Part shown: positions 62,534-64,000 of the stretch, piece by piece | Layout: each line of letters begins with the position of its first letter | How positions within the stretch are numbered: the first letter of the stretch is position 1 | DNA from: Geosiphon pyriformis uo1 | Taxonomy: Eukaryota; Fungi; Glomeromycota | Direction of reading: 5' to 3' | Assembly (NCBI GenBank): GCA_016748015.1 | Contig: JAAOMT010000112.1 | Coordinates: 1 to 64,000, forward strand | Length of the DNA: 64,000 nucleotides | Position numbers and translations under genes: made by a program | The notes under the pieces: generated by a model | Database searches by the model: none | What the model saw: only the letters and a program-made list of their open reading frames with translations | What the model was told of the DNA's origin: nothing

Positions 62534-64000
62534 TCTAGTGGCAGGTCCGTTAGCGATCTATCACCCAACGAAATAAATGGTTCCTTTTAACTTAATTTCC
62601 CGAGTTACATGTTCTGCCAACCGTTTTGCGAAATTTTTTTATCAAACACTTTTTTATTTCGATTCTTATTGAATCCATATCTTCTCTGTTCAACTTTAAA
62701 AAAAAAAAAAAAAGTTTTTGTTTCGATTCTTATTGATTCCCAACCGTACTTGATATAAGTTTTGGTACATAATCATCCATCCATATCTTCTTTATTCACC
62801 TTTAAAAAAAAATTCTTTGGAAGAAAGTTCTACTGTTGTAGTACTAGTTCCTATCTTTTCTGCGTTTCGTTCTGTGACGTTTTCGTTATCATATTTTTAA
62901 TTTCCCAAGACGATCAATTTTTACTGAAAACTCGGATTTCTGTTTACAATTATCTAATCAAAATCAAGAATATCCTCAAGTTGAAATTTTAATCAACCTA
63001 AAAAGTCAATTTTGTCAAATTAAATGTAACCTGTTTATATTTTGCTTATCTAAAACAAAAAATTTCTAGTTTGCTTTTATGAAATCATTCAAAACGTTAA
63101 TTTTTATACAGTAATCTACTTTATATATTTAATTTTTATACAGTAATCTACTGTATATATTTAATTTATAATAATATAAAATATGTATGATCATGCAATT
63201 TTTCTGTTTTAATTTCAATAAGTATATAATTCTATTGAGTTTAATATGACAATAACATTATTAACTTAATAATAATCGAAAATTCATATCAACATATATT
63301 AATAATTTTTATATTTATAAAATATGCAATTTTTTTATATATGTATAAAAAATAGTTATACATATTACATTATATATATAATTATGACTATTAATCTATT
63401 AATATTAGCTGTTATTACATTTTTCATAATCACACAATACTATTAAAAGTATTATTATAAAACGTGACAAACATATATTTTTCAAATGGTTTAGTGTCAA
63501 ATTTTTGTTGTTTAAAAAAATTCTAATCTAACTGTTTTAAATAGAATAATTAAAAATCAAAAATTTGAAAAAAAAAAAAAATAGTTTTTATTATTATCAT
63601 CATAAAAATTATACTGTTTAATTTTATTTTAAATTAATTTAAAAAATTTATTAACAGTTTAAAAAAGTAAAATAAACACAAAACCTTTTATTTTAAAAGA
63701 AAATATAATTTAAAATTATACCAAAAATCTTAAATAATACAATTTCTATCTTAAATTACAAAATAAATTAAAAAGTTAATAAACTTTATATTGTTTTTTA
63801 AATAATTATTAAATAAAATAAATAAATAAATAAATAACAAAAAATTATTTTATATTTTAAGAATTTTTAAATAAATATAAAATGGTTTAATATAATTTAT
63901 TTTTAATAAATATCTTGTATAATTATTAAATTAAATTTTGTTTAATACAACAACAAAACTTTAATATTAAACTAATAGAAAACATTATTCTCTCTTAAAT

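Noticed and set aside
63098-63165. Short two-copy direct repeats (also 61390-61447 and 9883-9990)
   Set aside because: Ordinary local slippage duplications with no further structure

Overview
Eukaryotic, very AT-rich, almost gene-free transposon graveyard. The element types and protein styles suggest an early-diverging fungus, probably Glomeromycotina (inference, not verified). Contents: (1) At least seven copies or relics of one polyA-tailed non-LTR retrotransposon (LINE) family. ORF1 has RRM-like regions plus a CCHC knuckle; ORF2 has APE endonuclease, RT, RNase H and a C-terminal Cys/His finger. Three copies are full length, one with a 14-bp TSD. (2) Two (possibly three) copies of an ORF1-only element that lacks ORF2 but ends in the same 3' UTR stem-loop and polyA as the LINEs, a candidate HAL1-like non-autonomous partner and the best candidate for an undescribed system here. 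(3) A 10.2-kb Ty3/Gypsy LTR element nested in a LINE, with a Cys-rich insert and a dUTPase between protease and RT, plus an extra ~220-codon ORF in the env position. (4) A partial second Gypsy copy and solo LTRs of another family. (5) Degraded 28S rRNA fragments, minisatellites and one small candidate host ORF in CpG-retaining islands at the window ends. All TE ORFs are broken by C>T/G>A changes. The two LTRs of the Gypsy element differ only by transitions in the part compared, pointing to methylation-driven or RIP-like hypermutation. Two 20-N gaps are flanked by duplicated sequence, probably assembly artefacts. No CRISPR array or intact tRNA/rRNA gene was seen. Alignments and counts were done by eye; boundaries of decayed relics are approximate.
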